From assembly GCA_002269645.1 (NCBI GenBank), contig NIVC01002491.1, forward strand, positions 62,001 through 126,000: DNA of 64,000 nucleotides, written 5' to 3'. Shown here one piece after another: positions 12,003 through 23,230 of this stretch (the first letter of the stretch is position 1; the number at the start of each line of letters is the position of its first letter). This DNA is from Macrostomum lignano. Lineage: Eukaryota. Both the position numbers and the translations under genes were made by a program. The notes under the pieces are model-generated. The model had not been told where the DNA came from, made no database searches, and saw only the letters and a list, made by a program, of their open reading frames with translations.

Positions 12003-13510
12003 TTGGCTGGGATGGAGTGGAATTGGGAATCTGGGATGGAGTTGGGCTGGGAATCTGGGATGGAGTTGGACTGGGAATCTGGGATGGAGTTGAATTGGGA
12101 ATCTGGGATAGAGTGGGACTGGGAATCTGGGATGGAGTGGACTGGGAATCTGGGATGGAGTTGAATTGGGAATCTGGGATAGAGTGGGACTGGGAATCTG
12201 GGATGGAGTGGAATTGGGAATCTGGGATGGAGTGGGACTGGGAATCTGGGATGGAGTTGGACTGGGAATCTGGGATGGAGTGGAATTGGGAATCTGGGAT
12301 AGAGTGGGACTGGGAATCTGGGATGGAGTGGAATTGGGAATCTGGGATGGAGTGGGACTGGGAATCTGGGATGGAGTGGGACTGGGAATCTGGGATGGAG
12401 TGGGACTGGGAATCTGGGATGGAGTGGGACTGGGAATCTGGGATAGAGTGGGACTGGGAATCTGGGATAGAGTGGGACTGGGAATCTGGGATAGAGTTGG
12501 ACTGGGAATCTGGGATGGAGTTGGGCTGGGAATCTGGGATGGAGTGGAATTGGGAATCTGGGATGGAGTGGGACTGGGAATCTGGGATGGAGTGGAACTG
12601 GGAATCTGGGATGGAGTGGGACTGGGAATCTGGGATGGAGTGGGACTGGGAATCTGGGATGGAGTGGGACTGGGAATCTGGGATGGAGTAGGACTGGGAA
12701 TCTGGGATGGAGTTGGACTGGAAATCTGGGATGGAGTGGAATTGGGAATCTGGGATAGAGTGGGACTGGGAATCTGGGATGGAGTGGAATTGGGAATCTG
12801 GGATGGAGTGGGACTGGGAATCTGGGATGGAGTGGGACTGGGAATCTGGGATGGAGTGGGACTGGGAATCTGGGATGGAGTTGGACTGGGAATCTGGGAT
12901 GGAGTGGAATTGGGAATCTGGGATGGAGTGGGACTGGGAATCTGGGATGGAGTTGAACTGGGAATCTGGGATGGAGTTGGGCTGGGAATCTGGGATGGAG
13001 TGGGACTGGGAATCTGGGATGGAGTGGGACTGGGAATCTGGGATGGAGTAGAATTGGGAATCTGGGATGGAGTGGGACTGGGAATCTGGGATGGAGTGGA
13101 ATTGGGAATCTGGGATGGAGTGGGACTGGGAATCTGGGATGGAGTGGGACTGGGAATCTGAGATGGAGTTGGACTGGGAATCTGGGATGGAGTTGGACTG
13201 GGAATCTGGGATGGAGTGGGACTGGGAATCTGGGATGGAGTGGGACTGGGAATCTGGGATAGAGTGGGACTGGGAATCTGGGATGGAGTGGGACTGGGAA
13301 TCTGGAATGGAGTTGGACTGGGAATCTGGGATGGAGTGGAACTGGGAATCTGGGATGGAGTGGAATTGGGAATCTGGGATGGAGTGGGACTGGGAATCTG
13401 AGATGGAGTTGGACTGGGAATCTGGGATGGAGTGGGACTGGGAATCTGGGATGGAGTGGGACTGGGAATCTGGGATGGAGTTGGACTGGGAATCAGGGAT
13501 GGAGTGGAAC
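12003..13510. repeat. 24-bp G-rich minisatellite (tgggatggagtgggactgggaatc), about 62 copies
   Basis: Direct periodicity; source of the [16 protein letters not shown] and WESGME ORFs. Confidence 0.96.
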
Positions 13511-13829
13511 TGGGATGGGTTGGCAGGGGTAGGTGCCAACGGTGATAAAATAAAGAACAGTTCGTTAAAAGCGGTTTTTTATCTAACCACGCCGCAGTGT
13601 TGTTATCTGTCGCAGGAAAACTAATCTATAGCAATCGAGCAGTGCAGGTTGGCAGCCCGGATCAAATGGAATTTACTGGCACGCCTCGAACACGCGATAG
13701 CGGCGGCGAAGATATGCTCGGCATAAACAGCTCTGGTTAATAATTTATAACATTCTCATAGGGGCTTTGATTCTTTTTCTGACAGATCTCAACCCAAGCA
13801 TAGTCTAGTGGCCACCTGCAGTATACCAT

Positions 13830-13950
13830 CGCATAGCAATTGCATAATAACCTCATAGCAACTGCACAGCAACGGCATAGCAACCTCGTAGCAACGGCAT
13901 AGCCACCGCATAGCAACGGCATAGCAACGGCATAGCAACCGCACAGCAAC
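13830..13950. repeat. Short degenerate 11-bp repeat (gcatagcaacg) immediately upstream of the EAAT ATG
   Basis: About 10 imperfect copies. Confidence 0.75.
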
Positions 13951-13956
13951 CAAAAA

Positions 13957-14402
13957 ATGGCATCCAATAGCCGCAAATCCTCGAGCTCGTGCATCCGCAT
14001 CCTCCGGCGCAACGTCTTCGTGCTCTGCCTCATCCTCGGCGTGGCGGCCGGCATCGGCCTGGGCATCGGCCTTCGCTACGCCAAGCCGGTCTGGACGGCC
14101 AGAGAGCTGGCCTACTATAAATTCCCTGGCGAGCTGCTGCTCAGGATGCTGCAGATGATGATCCTGCCGCTGGTCACCACTTCCATGATTTCCGGGATGT
14201 CTTCGTTGGGCCAGAACGCCTCCTCGAAGGTCGGTCTGCGGGCACTGCTGTTCTACATGTGCACCACCCTGTTTGCCGTCATCATCGGCATCGTGCTGGT
14301 AGTCAGCATCCGCCCGGGCAACTCGTCGGCTCCGCCAGACCAGCAGCGCCAAAATGTCAGCCGGAGCGTCAACGCCGCCGACTCGCTGCTGGACTTGATC
14401 AG
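13957..14402 (+). CDS. SLC1A: Excitatory amino acid transporter (SLC1A/EAAT), exon 1 of 5 (exons 13957-14402, 15450-15818, 16492-16786, 18191-18459, 18669-18909; 539 aa)
   Basis: FPGELLLRMLQMMILPLV and DSLLDLIR match EAAT TM2/TM4; AG|GTtgag donor; all five exon phases join in frame (1620 nt). Confidence 0.93.
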
Positions 14403-14431
14403 GTTGAGCAGCTGGAGCTGCTAGGGCTACT

Positions 14432-15298
14432 ATGGCAGCTCAGGGCGCAGTTCAGGGCAGCTCAGGGCAGCTCAGGGCAGCTCAGGGCAGTTCAGGGCAG
14501 CTCAGGGCAGCTCAGGGCAGCTCAGGGCAGCTCAGGGCAGCAGGGCAGCTCAGGGCAGCAGGGCAGCTCAGGGCAGCTCAGGGCAGCTCAAGGCAGCTCA
14601 GGGCAGCTCAAGGCAGCTCAGGGCAGCTCAAGGCAGCTCAAGGCAGCTCAAGGCAGCTCAGGGCAGCTCAAGGCAGCTCAAGGCAGCTCAAGGCAGTTCA
14701 GGGCAGCTCAAGGCAGTTCAGGGCAGCTCAGGGCAGCTCAAGGCAGCTCAGAGTTGTTCAGGGCAGCTCATGGCAGCTTAGGGCAGCTCATGGCAGCTCA
14801 GGGCAGCTCATGGCAGCTCAGGGCAGCTCAGGGCAGCTCAAGGCAGCTCAGGGCAGCTCAGGGCAGCTCAGGGAAGCTCAAGGCAGCTCAAGGCAGCTCA
14901 AGGCAGCTCAGGGCAGCTCAAGGCAGCTCAAGGCAGCTCAAGGCAGTTCAGGGCAGCTCAAGGCAGTTCAGGGCAGCTCAGGGCAGCTCAAGGCAGCTCA
15001 GAGTTGTTCAGGGCAGCTCATGGCAGCTTCGGGCAGCTCATGGCAGCTCAGGGCAGCTCATGGCAGCTTAGGGCAGCTCATGGCAGCTCAGGGCAGCTCA
15101 GGGCAGCTCAGGGCAGCTCATGGCAGCTCAGGGCAGCTCAGGGCAGCTCAGGGCAGCTCAGGGCAGCTCAGGGCAGCTCAGGGCAGCTCATGGCAGCTCA
15201 GGGCAGCTCAGGGCAGCTCAGGGCAGCTCATGGCAGTTCAGGGCAGCTCAGGGCAGCTCAAGGCAGCTCATGGCAGCTCAGGGCAGCTCAGGGCAGCT
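14432..15298. repeat. 10-bp minisatellite (ggcagctcag) filling EAAT intron 1
   Basis: Direct periodicity. Confidence 0.95.
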
Positions 15299-15449
15299 AA
15301 TGTTTAAGCGATAGGAGCTCTTTGAGGCATGCTGGTTTATCCCCCTAATCACCGCTTCTCTCTCTCCTCTCAGTCTCCTCTCCATCTCAGAGATCATCCA
15401 TCCACCTGTAAGTCTGTCTGTCACCCCAACCCGAACTGAACCTGGTCAG

Positions 15450-15818
15450 AAACGCATTTCCCGACAACGTCGTTGACGCCTGCATTCGGCGGGTGCAGAC
15501 GGTGAACAAGCCACCGACCGATGAGCCAACGACCCCGACGACTCCGCCGGTGCCCGGCAATGCGACAACGCTGGACGGCGAGCTGGCGGGCAGCGCCGCG
15601 AACGCCACAGAGCCGCAGGGGACACCGACGCCGCCGCCGGTAGACAACCTGGTGCCGCACGTGGAGAACGTGTGGGGCAGCAACCTGCTGGGCATCATCG
15701 TGTTCTCCCTGGCGCTCGGCGTCGCCCTCAGCCGCATCGGCGAGCGGGGCCACGTGGCCCGCCAGTTCTTCGACGGGTGCAGCGAAGCCGTGCTGGTGGT
15801 GGTCAAAGTTGTGATCTG
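15450..15818 (+). CDS. SLC1A: EAAT exon 2
   Basis: gtcAG acceptor; (R)NAFPDNVVDAC...GSNLLGIIVFSLALG...VVIW; GTGAGT donor at 15819. Confidence 0.92.
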
Positions 15819-15828
15819 GTGAGTCCGG

Positions 15829-16488
15829 CTGTCCCTGATAATCCTGTCCCTGATAATCCTGTCCCTGATAATCCTGTCCCTGATAATCCTGTCCCTGATA
15901 ATCCTGTCCCTGATAATCCTGTCCCTGATAATCCTGTCCTTGATAATCCTGTCCCTGATAATCCTGTCCCTGATAATCCTGTCCCTGATAATCCTGTCCC
16001 TGATAATCCCGTCCCTGATAATCCTGTCCCTGATAATCCTGTCCCTGATAATCCTGTCCCTGATAATCCTGTCCCTGATAATCCTGTCCCTGATAATCCT
16101 GTCCCTGATAATCCTGTCCCTGATAATCCTGTCCCTGATAATCCTGTCCCTGATAATCCTGTCCCTGATAATCCTGTCCCTGATAATCCTGTCCCTGATA
16201 ATCCTGTCCCTGATAATCCTGTCCCTGATAATCCTGTCCCTGATAATCCTGTCCCTGATAATCCTGTCGCTGATAATCCTGTCCCTGATAATCCTGTCCC
16301 TGATAATCCTGTCCCTGATAATCCTGTCCCTGATAATCCTGTCCCTGATAATCCTGTCCCTGATAATCCTGTCCCTGATAATCCTGTCCCTGATAATCCT
16401 GTCCCTGATAATCCTGTCCCTGATAATCCTGTCCCTGATAATCCTGTCCCTGATAATCCTGTCCCTGATAATCCCGTCCCTGATCCCG
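15829..16488. repeat. 15-bp minisatellite (gtccctgataatcct), about 44 copies, forming almost all of EAAT intron 2
   Basis: Direct periodicity; the last degenerate unit runs into the cgcAG acceptor. Confidence 0.97.
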
Positions 16489-16491
16489 CAG

Positions 16492-16786
16492 GTTCACCCC
16501 GATCGGCATCATCTTCCTGATCTCCGGCAAGATCATCGAGATGGAGAACGTGGTGGAGACGCTGTCCCAGCTCGGTCTGTACTCCATCACGGTGATCAGC
16601 GGCCTGGTGATCCACGGCTTCATCGTGCTGCCGCTCATCTACCTGATCGTGGTGAGGCGGAACCCCTTCCGCTACATGTTCGGCTGCATGCGGGCCATCC
16701 TGACTGCCGTCAGCACCGCCTCCAGCTCCGCCACGCTGCCGGTCACCCTGTACTGCATCGAGGAGGTCAATGGGGTCAACAAACGG
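16492..16786 (+). CDS. SLC1A: EAAT exon 3 (TM6 and HP1)
   Basis: (W)[18 protein letters not shown]...[11 protein letters not shown] serine-rich HP1 motif; GTGAGA donor at 16787. Confidence 0.93.
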
Positions 16787-16859
16787 GTGAGAGGCAGATG
16801 CCATGACGTGTCATTCGGGCTGTCCCGACTGAGCAGTCACAACAATCAGAACTTGTTCC

Positions 16860-17105
16860 ACCACACGATCAGAACACGATTAATTATTATTAATTACAAG
16901 ATTAGAACACGATTAATTATTTTTTATTACACGATCAGAACACGATTAATTATTATTAATTACACGATCAGAACACGATTAATTATTATTAATTACACGA
17001 TCAGAACACGATTAATTATTATTAATTACACGATCAGAACACGATTAATTATTATTAATTACACGATCAGAACACGATTAATTATTATTAATTACACGAT
17101 CAGAA
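16860..17105. repeat. 33-bp AT-rich minisatellite (tacacgatcagaacacgattaattattattaat), about 7 copies, EAAT intron 3
   Basis: Direct periodicity. Confidence 0.9.
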
Positions 17106-17149
17106 GTCACGCAAAAGTCACACCAACTATAACAACATGATGTCGGGGG

Positions 17150-17740
17150 TCCGAGGGGGCCGCGCGGTGGTTTACCACTGATGCAGTTCCTGGCTGGCCC
17201 TTCAGGATGTCATTACCTCAGTGCCATGACTAACCACCTCCTGGAGGAAGTAACGGCGCTTCTGATCCAAGCGTCGCGTTCCACTAAGACGACCTCACTC
17301 CTGGACGTCTATGGTGCTCCAGTGATGCACGACAATGGTCCTTGTACCAGCAAATCCTGGTCCCGCAGACTACGGGCGGGCCGCTTCTGGGAGTCTTCTT
17401 ACCTACTATCGAAACCGTTACAGGCATCCGCAACCAGCAGAGTTAAGCGTCTGTGGCGACATGGTTGCTCTGCTTTTGAGAGCCACCGATTGGTGACCCC
17501 TCTGAGAGGCTCACCGCATTTAAACACAACAAAATAAAGTCTGCGTCCAGGTCTCGGCGTTGCACAACAGGACGGTCTTGACCACCGAATGGAACAAAGA
17601 CAGCCCCTCGTCGCCGCAGATCCTCGCGGTCGCCGGGAAACAGACCGCCGAGGTGGATGAACTGCTGACAACGCAGAAGCTCTGTCGCCTGTCCATCTGC
17701 GCCTCGGCACAAATTGCAGCCTTAATGTCGTCCGGCACGC
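17150..17740 (-). mobile_element. Decayed RTE-clade LINE reverse-transcriptase C-terminal fragment
   Basis: LFHSVVKTVLLCNAETWT resembles the RTE LxYxxETWT motif; shares 20 identical nt (gcgtccaggtctcggcgttg) with the LINE at 38035-38460; frameshifted; boundaries approximate. Confidence 0.65.
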
Positions 17741-17744
17741 TTAG

Positions 17745-18130
17745 ACTTACTTGACTTAGCTGCCAGGGCTGTCCCGGAGGGGACGCAGCGGGAAGGCGCG
17801 AACGCCCATTCTGCTAATCTCTGAACGGCCGACGCGTCGCTATGAACGAAGGGTTGGCGCCGCCCAGGGAGGTCCCCCAGTGTCGCCAGCAGCTATGATG
17901 CTCTCTGAAAGGGAGAGTTCAGCCCTGCGGGTGGCCCGGAGGTAGCGCATGAGCTGGTTTAAATTTCAGTAATTGATGCGTGTGGCCCGAGGTAAAGTGA
18001 GTCTGGCTCACGTGAAGGCGGGACAGATGCTGACGAAATGTTCAGCGGTGCCCATGGTTCACAGCACCATGTTCTTCTGCGTGTTGACCACCAGGTGTCG
18101 TCAAAAGTCGCACTGCAGTCACTCGGAGGT
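17745..18130 (-). mobile_element. Decayed LINE 3' end (I/LOA/R1-like C-terminal Cys-His region) with short tandem tail
   Basis: Minus frame RHLVV...[12 protein letters not shown]...LNQLMRYLRATRR with internal stops, then a GC-rich UTR ending in taagtcaagtaagtc. Confidence 0.6.
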
Positions 18131-18190
18131 CATTTTAAAGCCACACCAGCAGTTCAATTCGCAGTCAGAATTCCTCAATCCCCAACTCAG

Positions 18191-18459
18191 GTGTCCCGGT
18201 TCGTGCTCCCGGTAGGTGCCACCATCAACATGGACGGCACCGCCCTGTACGAGGCCGTGGCCTCCGTGTTCATCGCCCAGTTGAACGGCATCACCCTGGA
18301 CTTCGCCAAGCTCGTCACCATTAGCCTGACAGCCACCGCAGCTGCTGTGGGCGCCGCCGGCGTGCCTGAAGCTGGCCTGGTGACGATGCTGATTGTCTTG
18401 ACCGCCGTTGGGCTGCCCACGGATGACGTCACCCTCATCCTGGCCATCGATTGGTTCCT
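18191..18459 (+). CDS. SLC1A: EAAT exon 4 (TM7 and HP2)
   Basis: [24 protein letters not shown]...[13 protein letters not shown]; ctcAG acceptor, GTAAGT donor at 18460. Confidence 0.96.
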
Positions 18460-18668
18460 GTAAGTAAAAGTCGCGACTTCATACGCAATGCGTCTACTTA
18501 CATTTAGCAGCAGTAGTACGATTGCGTCTTTTTTAAACTAAAGCGAAAAGCAAAGAATATGCACACATTCTTGAACTTGAATGATTGAATGATGATCGTG
18601 AAGGTCCTGAGTTCGCACCCCCTCAGCTTCTAAAATATTTGACACAAATAACGACGAATTATCCGCAG

Positions 18669-18909
18669 TGACCGGCTGCGCACGTCAATCAACGTCTGGG
18701 GCGACTGCGTCGGCGCCGGGGTCGTCGAGAAATTGTCGGCCAGCGATTTGGCCGAAAGCCCCGAAGGCGAACACGGCGAAGGCGACGGCGAGGCTGAGCT
18801 CAAGGGCCAGGATAACGCTGGGTTCAGCAACGGGAAGGCGACTCATTCGGTTGCCAATGAGTCGCTTGACAATGGCCCGGCCATAGAGTTGGGCAACACT
18901 GCTCTGTGA
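18669..18909 (+). CDS. SLC1A: EAAT exon 5 (TM8 and C-tail)
   Basis: cgcAG acceptor; (L)DRLRTSINVWGDCVGAGVV; TGA at 18907-18909. Confidence 0.93.
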
Positions 18910-19295
18910 AGATCGCAGCGCTTACTTCGACAAAAAACTCGATTGTGCTACTTACTATTTGAGTAGTTTGTGAAAGAAATCCGACGTATATAATTATGAC
19001 CGTGCGATTCTTATAAGTTAAATATTAAATTCCTAAGTTCTGATTGAAGTTCTTTTCAACTCGTTCTTCATTTGCAGATCTCCAAAATGAATCATACTTG
19101 AGTGACTTCACGTCAAACTCAATAAAACTTTCTCTTCTTATTTTTCGAGCAAAGTTAGTATAGTATCCGCCACCAGTTTTATCCGATATGTATCGAAAAT
19201 TCATGTTTCAGCTTGTAATATTTTACGGAATTTAACCCACTAAACGACGTGCAGTTCCCATGAGCCGATATGTATCGAAAGCTAGCAAAAGCCGC

Positions 19296-19511
19296 TTAGG
19301 CTTTGCACAGCTCCCTGGAGATGTCAGACGCTGACGCTGGGCAGCCGATGGCGGCGCAGGCGTCGCGAACGCAGCCGACGCAGTCTTCGGCGTCGGGCAG
19401 CCGATTGCGGCACTGCATCAGGGCGTCGCTGAGATTGCTGCCGTTTGCGGTGGCAGCCAGGAAGCTCAGCAGAAGCAGCAGCATCAGCGAGAACTGCAGC
19501 TTATTTGACAT
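19296..19511 (-). CDS. Small secreted cysteine-rich peptide, family unrecognised (71 aa; about 24-aa signal peptide; 6 Cys)
   Basis: MSNKLQFSLMLLLLLSFLAATANG then SNLSDALMQCRNRLPDAEDCVGCVRDACAAIGCPASASDISRELCKA*; GC-rich island in AT-rich flanks; A at -3 of the ATG. Confidence 0.72.
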   Translation of the reverse strand: MSNKLQFSLMLLLLLSFLAATANGSNLSDALMQCRNRLPDAEDCVGCVRDACAAIGCPASASDISRELCKA

Positions 19512-19729
19512 TGTTGCAGATGAATTCGCTGCATGCGGGGTGGTCAGTACGGACATCCATGAATTCCTTAGGTTAGAAATATTCAATTCAATTCATATTC
19601 AAACTACTGTTGTTTCTCTAGTTAAGCATATCGCAGGCGCACAACAGTCTAAATTTGTTTAACTCTAAGTTTTGTTCATTTTAGCTTTATCGTAGCTATA
19701 GATCAGTTCAACCTTCATGTAGCCTCCAG

Positions 19730-19940
19730 GTCCTCAGTTTCTGGGCCAGCCTCCCAGATCCCCAGTTGCTGAACCACCCTCCCAGATCCTCAGTTGCTGG
19801 GCCAGCCTCCCAGATCCTCAGTTGCTGGGCCAGCTTCCAGATCCTCAGTTGCTGGGCCAGCCTCCCAGATCCTCAGCTGCTGGGCCAGCCTCCCAGATCC
19901 TCAGTTGCTAAGCCAGCCTCCCAGATCCTCAGTTGCTGGG
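19730..19940. repeat. 28-bp minisatellite (cctcccagatcctcagttgctgggccag)
   Basis: About 7 imperfect copies. Confidence 0.85.
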
Positions 19941-20449
19941 CCACCGCCACTCGCTCAGACCCTCAGATGCTGCCCCACTAAAGCTCTAAGTTAAAAGAAC
20001 TTAATGCTTCCAACAACGTACTAAAATGCAGCGGTAATGCATGTAGATTGTACGCAATGTGGAACTTACAGTGATAACAAATTGATATTCGCGCAAATTC
20101 AAATCAGGAAGTTCTTGACCGAGTGGATGCCTTCAATTCTGCGAGTGCTGCTATATATAGTCGTGTAGAAGTTCTGGAGAAAGCAAGAGACACAGGCAAT
20201 ATCCGGCCGCCAATCAGTCGAACTGTCGTATATTTTTTATAAAAATCAATTCTAAAATTTGACCAGCCGAACCAGCTAAGCAAAAAAATTGCAGGTAAGT
20301 TTTTAGCCAGCTAGCATAGTAATTAATATTGATTTTTGTGCCTGAAAAGTGCAGCGCACGCTTGCATGCTTCTAGAGCTCTCTGGGACATTTGCACCTGA
20401 ATAACTTTCTGCTGCTGGCAGTGAAATGCCTGCCACTTGAACTGTCAGA

Positions 20450-21030
20450 CAGTGAAATTGTGAGGGATTAAAATGCCTGGGAGTGAAATTGTCTGGGAGT
20501 GAAATGTCTAGGAGTGAAATTGTCTGGGAGTGAAATGCCTGGGAGTGAAATGCCTGGGAGTGAAATGTCTGCGAGTGAAATGCCTGGGAGTGAAATGTCT
20601 AGGAGTGAAATTGTCTGGGAGTGAAATGCCTGGGAGTGAAATGCCTGGGAGTGAAATGTCTGCGAGTGAAATGCCTGGGAGTGAAATGTCTGAGAGTGAA
20701 ATGCCTGAGAGTGAAATGTCTGCGAGTGAAATGTCTAGGAGTGAAATTGTCTGCGAGTGAAATGCCTGGGAGTGAAATGTCTGAGAGTGAAATGCCTGGG
20801 AGTGAAATGCCTGGGAGTGAAATGTCTGAGAGTGAAATGTCTGAGAGTGAAATGTCTGCGAGTGAAATGCCTGGGAGTGAAATGTCTGGGAGTGAAATGC
20901 CTGGGAGTGAAATGTCTAGGAGTGAAATTGTCTGGGAGTGAAATGCCTGGGAGTGAAATGCCTGGGAGTGAAATGTCTGCGAGTGAAATGCCTGGGAGTG
21001 AAATGTCTAGGAGTGAAATTGTCTGGGAGT
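20450..21030. repeat. 15/16-bp minisatellite (gagtgaaatgcctgg)
   Basis: Direct periodicity. Confidence 0.93.
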
Positions 21031-21875
21031 GCATTGTCTCCCATTTTGAAATAGAAAAAATCCGAACAAAGCATGCTGTTTTGTGTTGTTTAACCCGCGC
21101 ACACAGCCGATTAGAACAGATATAATATGCCAGAATCAATAAATTTATATTTTATAGGTTTTATGAAATTTTTGGGCTGCAAAAGGTTTTCAAAAAAAAG
21201 AATCTCCATATTAATTAAAATTTGTGCACCTCACTAAGAGGGCTGATTACGGGTAAAGCAGATAGTGAAGGATACAGCTAAGCAATGTATAGATGGATTA
21301 TATAAGCATAAAAGAATCAATGAAAACCCGGGGGTCACATATACTGACAAGCACGCCATCCTGATTAGAAGAGATGGCATATAGCGATTATTGAAAACAG
21401 GAGGTGGCGTCAGGTGCTGCGCATAAATATCTCAAGGCCGTCAGTGAGCAGACAGCAGTATTTTATTCAGAACAATTTTCCAATTGTTTGCATAGAAGCA
21501 GAAATTAATTATTATAAATTAATTTTGACAGATCGAAACAAATATAGACACGCATGCTCACACGCGCCTACTAGCGGCCAGCTAGTCAGTAGCGCATAAT
21601 GTACACAGTAGAAACGACACCAAAAAGTAGGGTATCTGTGAATTTTTTCTGCCAAAAAGAAGTATGAAATAAATCTATTCATTTATGAATAATATTTTAT
21701 CGCAATCAGTCGTCCTAATTAATGAGGTATTAACAGTATTAATCAAACAACAAAGAAAATCTCTATCAGAAGGAGGAATAACATAAAAGAGTTGCAGTAA
21801 CACTGAGTAATGATTTCATGATGCAACAATAAAAACATGACGTCAGCCAGCGCATTCAAAAGTAACTCTGCCGCC

Positions 21876-22007
21876 TCAACAGTGCCCAGGACCTTCGATC
21901 TGCAGTCGGCGCAGCCTCTGAGCCTCATCCCAGATCATCTCTCTCAGCTTCTCTTTTGGTAGGTCGTCCAGCTCTTGCTCGAATGTGAATGGCTCAGTGG
22001 CCACCGG
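21876..22007 (-). CDS. MAPK1: ERK/MAPK exon 6 (last)
   Basis: PVATEPFTFEQELDDLPKEKLREMIWDE matches the ERK L16 segment; ctgcAG acceptor; TGA ends at 21876. Confidence 0.93.
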   Translation of the reverse strand, partial: PVATEPFTFEQELDDLPKEKLREMIWDEAQRLRRLQIEGPGHC

Positions 22008-22057
22008 CTGCAGTGTAGGATGCGAGCGCTTTAGCTTAATCCGGGTATGCGATGCAC

Positions 22058-23230
22058 TTGCTTCAGGGACCGCTGATTCTCCCCGCCCACTTGCTTCAGG
22101 GACCGCTGATTCTCCCCGCCCACTTGCTTCAGGGACCGCTGATTCTCCCCGCCCACTTGCTTCAGGGACCGCTGATTCTCCCCGCCCACTTGCTTCAGGG
22201 ACCGCTGATTCTCCCCGCCCAGTTGCTTCAGGGACCGCTGATTCTCCCCGCCCACTTGCTTCAGGGACCGCTGATTCTCCCCGCCCAGTTAGTTGCTTCA
22301 GGGACCGCTGATTCTCCCCGCTTAGTTAGTTGCTTCAGGGACCGCTGATTCTCCCCGCCCACTTGCTTCAGGGACCGCTGATTCTCCCCGCCCACTTAGT
22401 TGCTTCAGGGACCGCTGATTCTCCCGCCCACTTGCTTCAGGGACCGCTGATTCTCCCCGCTTAGTTAGTTGCTTCAGGGACCGCTGATTCTCCCCGTCCA
22501 CTTGCTTCAGGGACCGCTGATTCTCCCCGACCACTTGCTTCAGGGACCACTGATTCTCCCCGCTTAGTTAGTTGCTTCAGGGACCGCTGATTCTCCCCGC
22601 CCACTTGCTTCAGGGACCGCTGATTCTCCCCGCCCACTTGCTTCAGGGACCGCTGATTCTCCCCGCCCACTTGCTTCAGGGACCGCTGATTCTCCCCGCC
22701 CAGTTGCTTCAGGGACCGCTGATTCTCCCCGCCCAGTTGCTTCAGGGACCGCTGATTCTCCCGCCCACTTGCTTCAGGGACCGCTGATTCTCCCGCCCAC
22801 TTGCTTCAGGGACCGCTGATTCTCCCGCCCACTTGCTTCAGGGACCGCTGATTCTCCCCGCTTAGTTAGTTGCTTCAGGGACCGCTGATTCTCCCCGCTT
22901 AGTTAGTTGCTTCAGGGACCGCTGATTCTCCCCGCCCACTTGCTTCAGGGACCGCTGATTCTCCCCGCCCACTTGCTTCAGGGACCGCTGATTCTCCCCG
23001 CCCAGTTGCTTCAGGGACCGCTGATTCTCCCCGCCCAGTTGCTTCAGGGACCGCTGATTCTCCCGCCCACTTGCTTCAGGGACCGCTGATTCTCCCCGCC
23101 CACTTGCTTCAGGGACCGCTGATTCTCCCCGCCCACTTGCTTCAGGGACCGCTGATTCTCCCCGACCAGTTAGTTGCTCCAGGGACCACCGATTCTCCCC
23201 GACCAGTTGCCCAGGGACCATCGATTCTTC
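22058..23230. repeat. 33-bp minisatellite (cttgcttcagggaccgctgattctccccgccca), ERK intron 5
   Basis: Direct periodicity. Confidence 0.95.

Noticed and set aside
11965-13624. 524-aa [11 protein letters not shown] and overlapping W-rich ORFs
   Set aside because: Stop-poor 24-bp repeat; no non-repetitive domain
14259-16806. AAQGSSGQLR, QGQDY, GTGLS, VPDNP and IILSL ORFs (adhesive- or antifreeze-like appearance)
   Set aside because: They lie within EAAT introns 1 and 2, whose splice sites and phases are fixed by transporter homology
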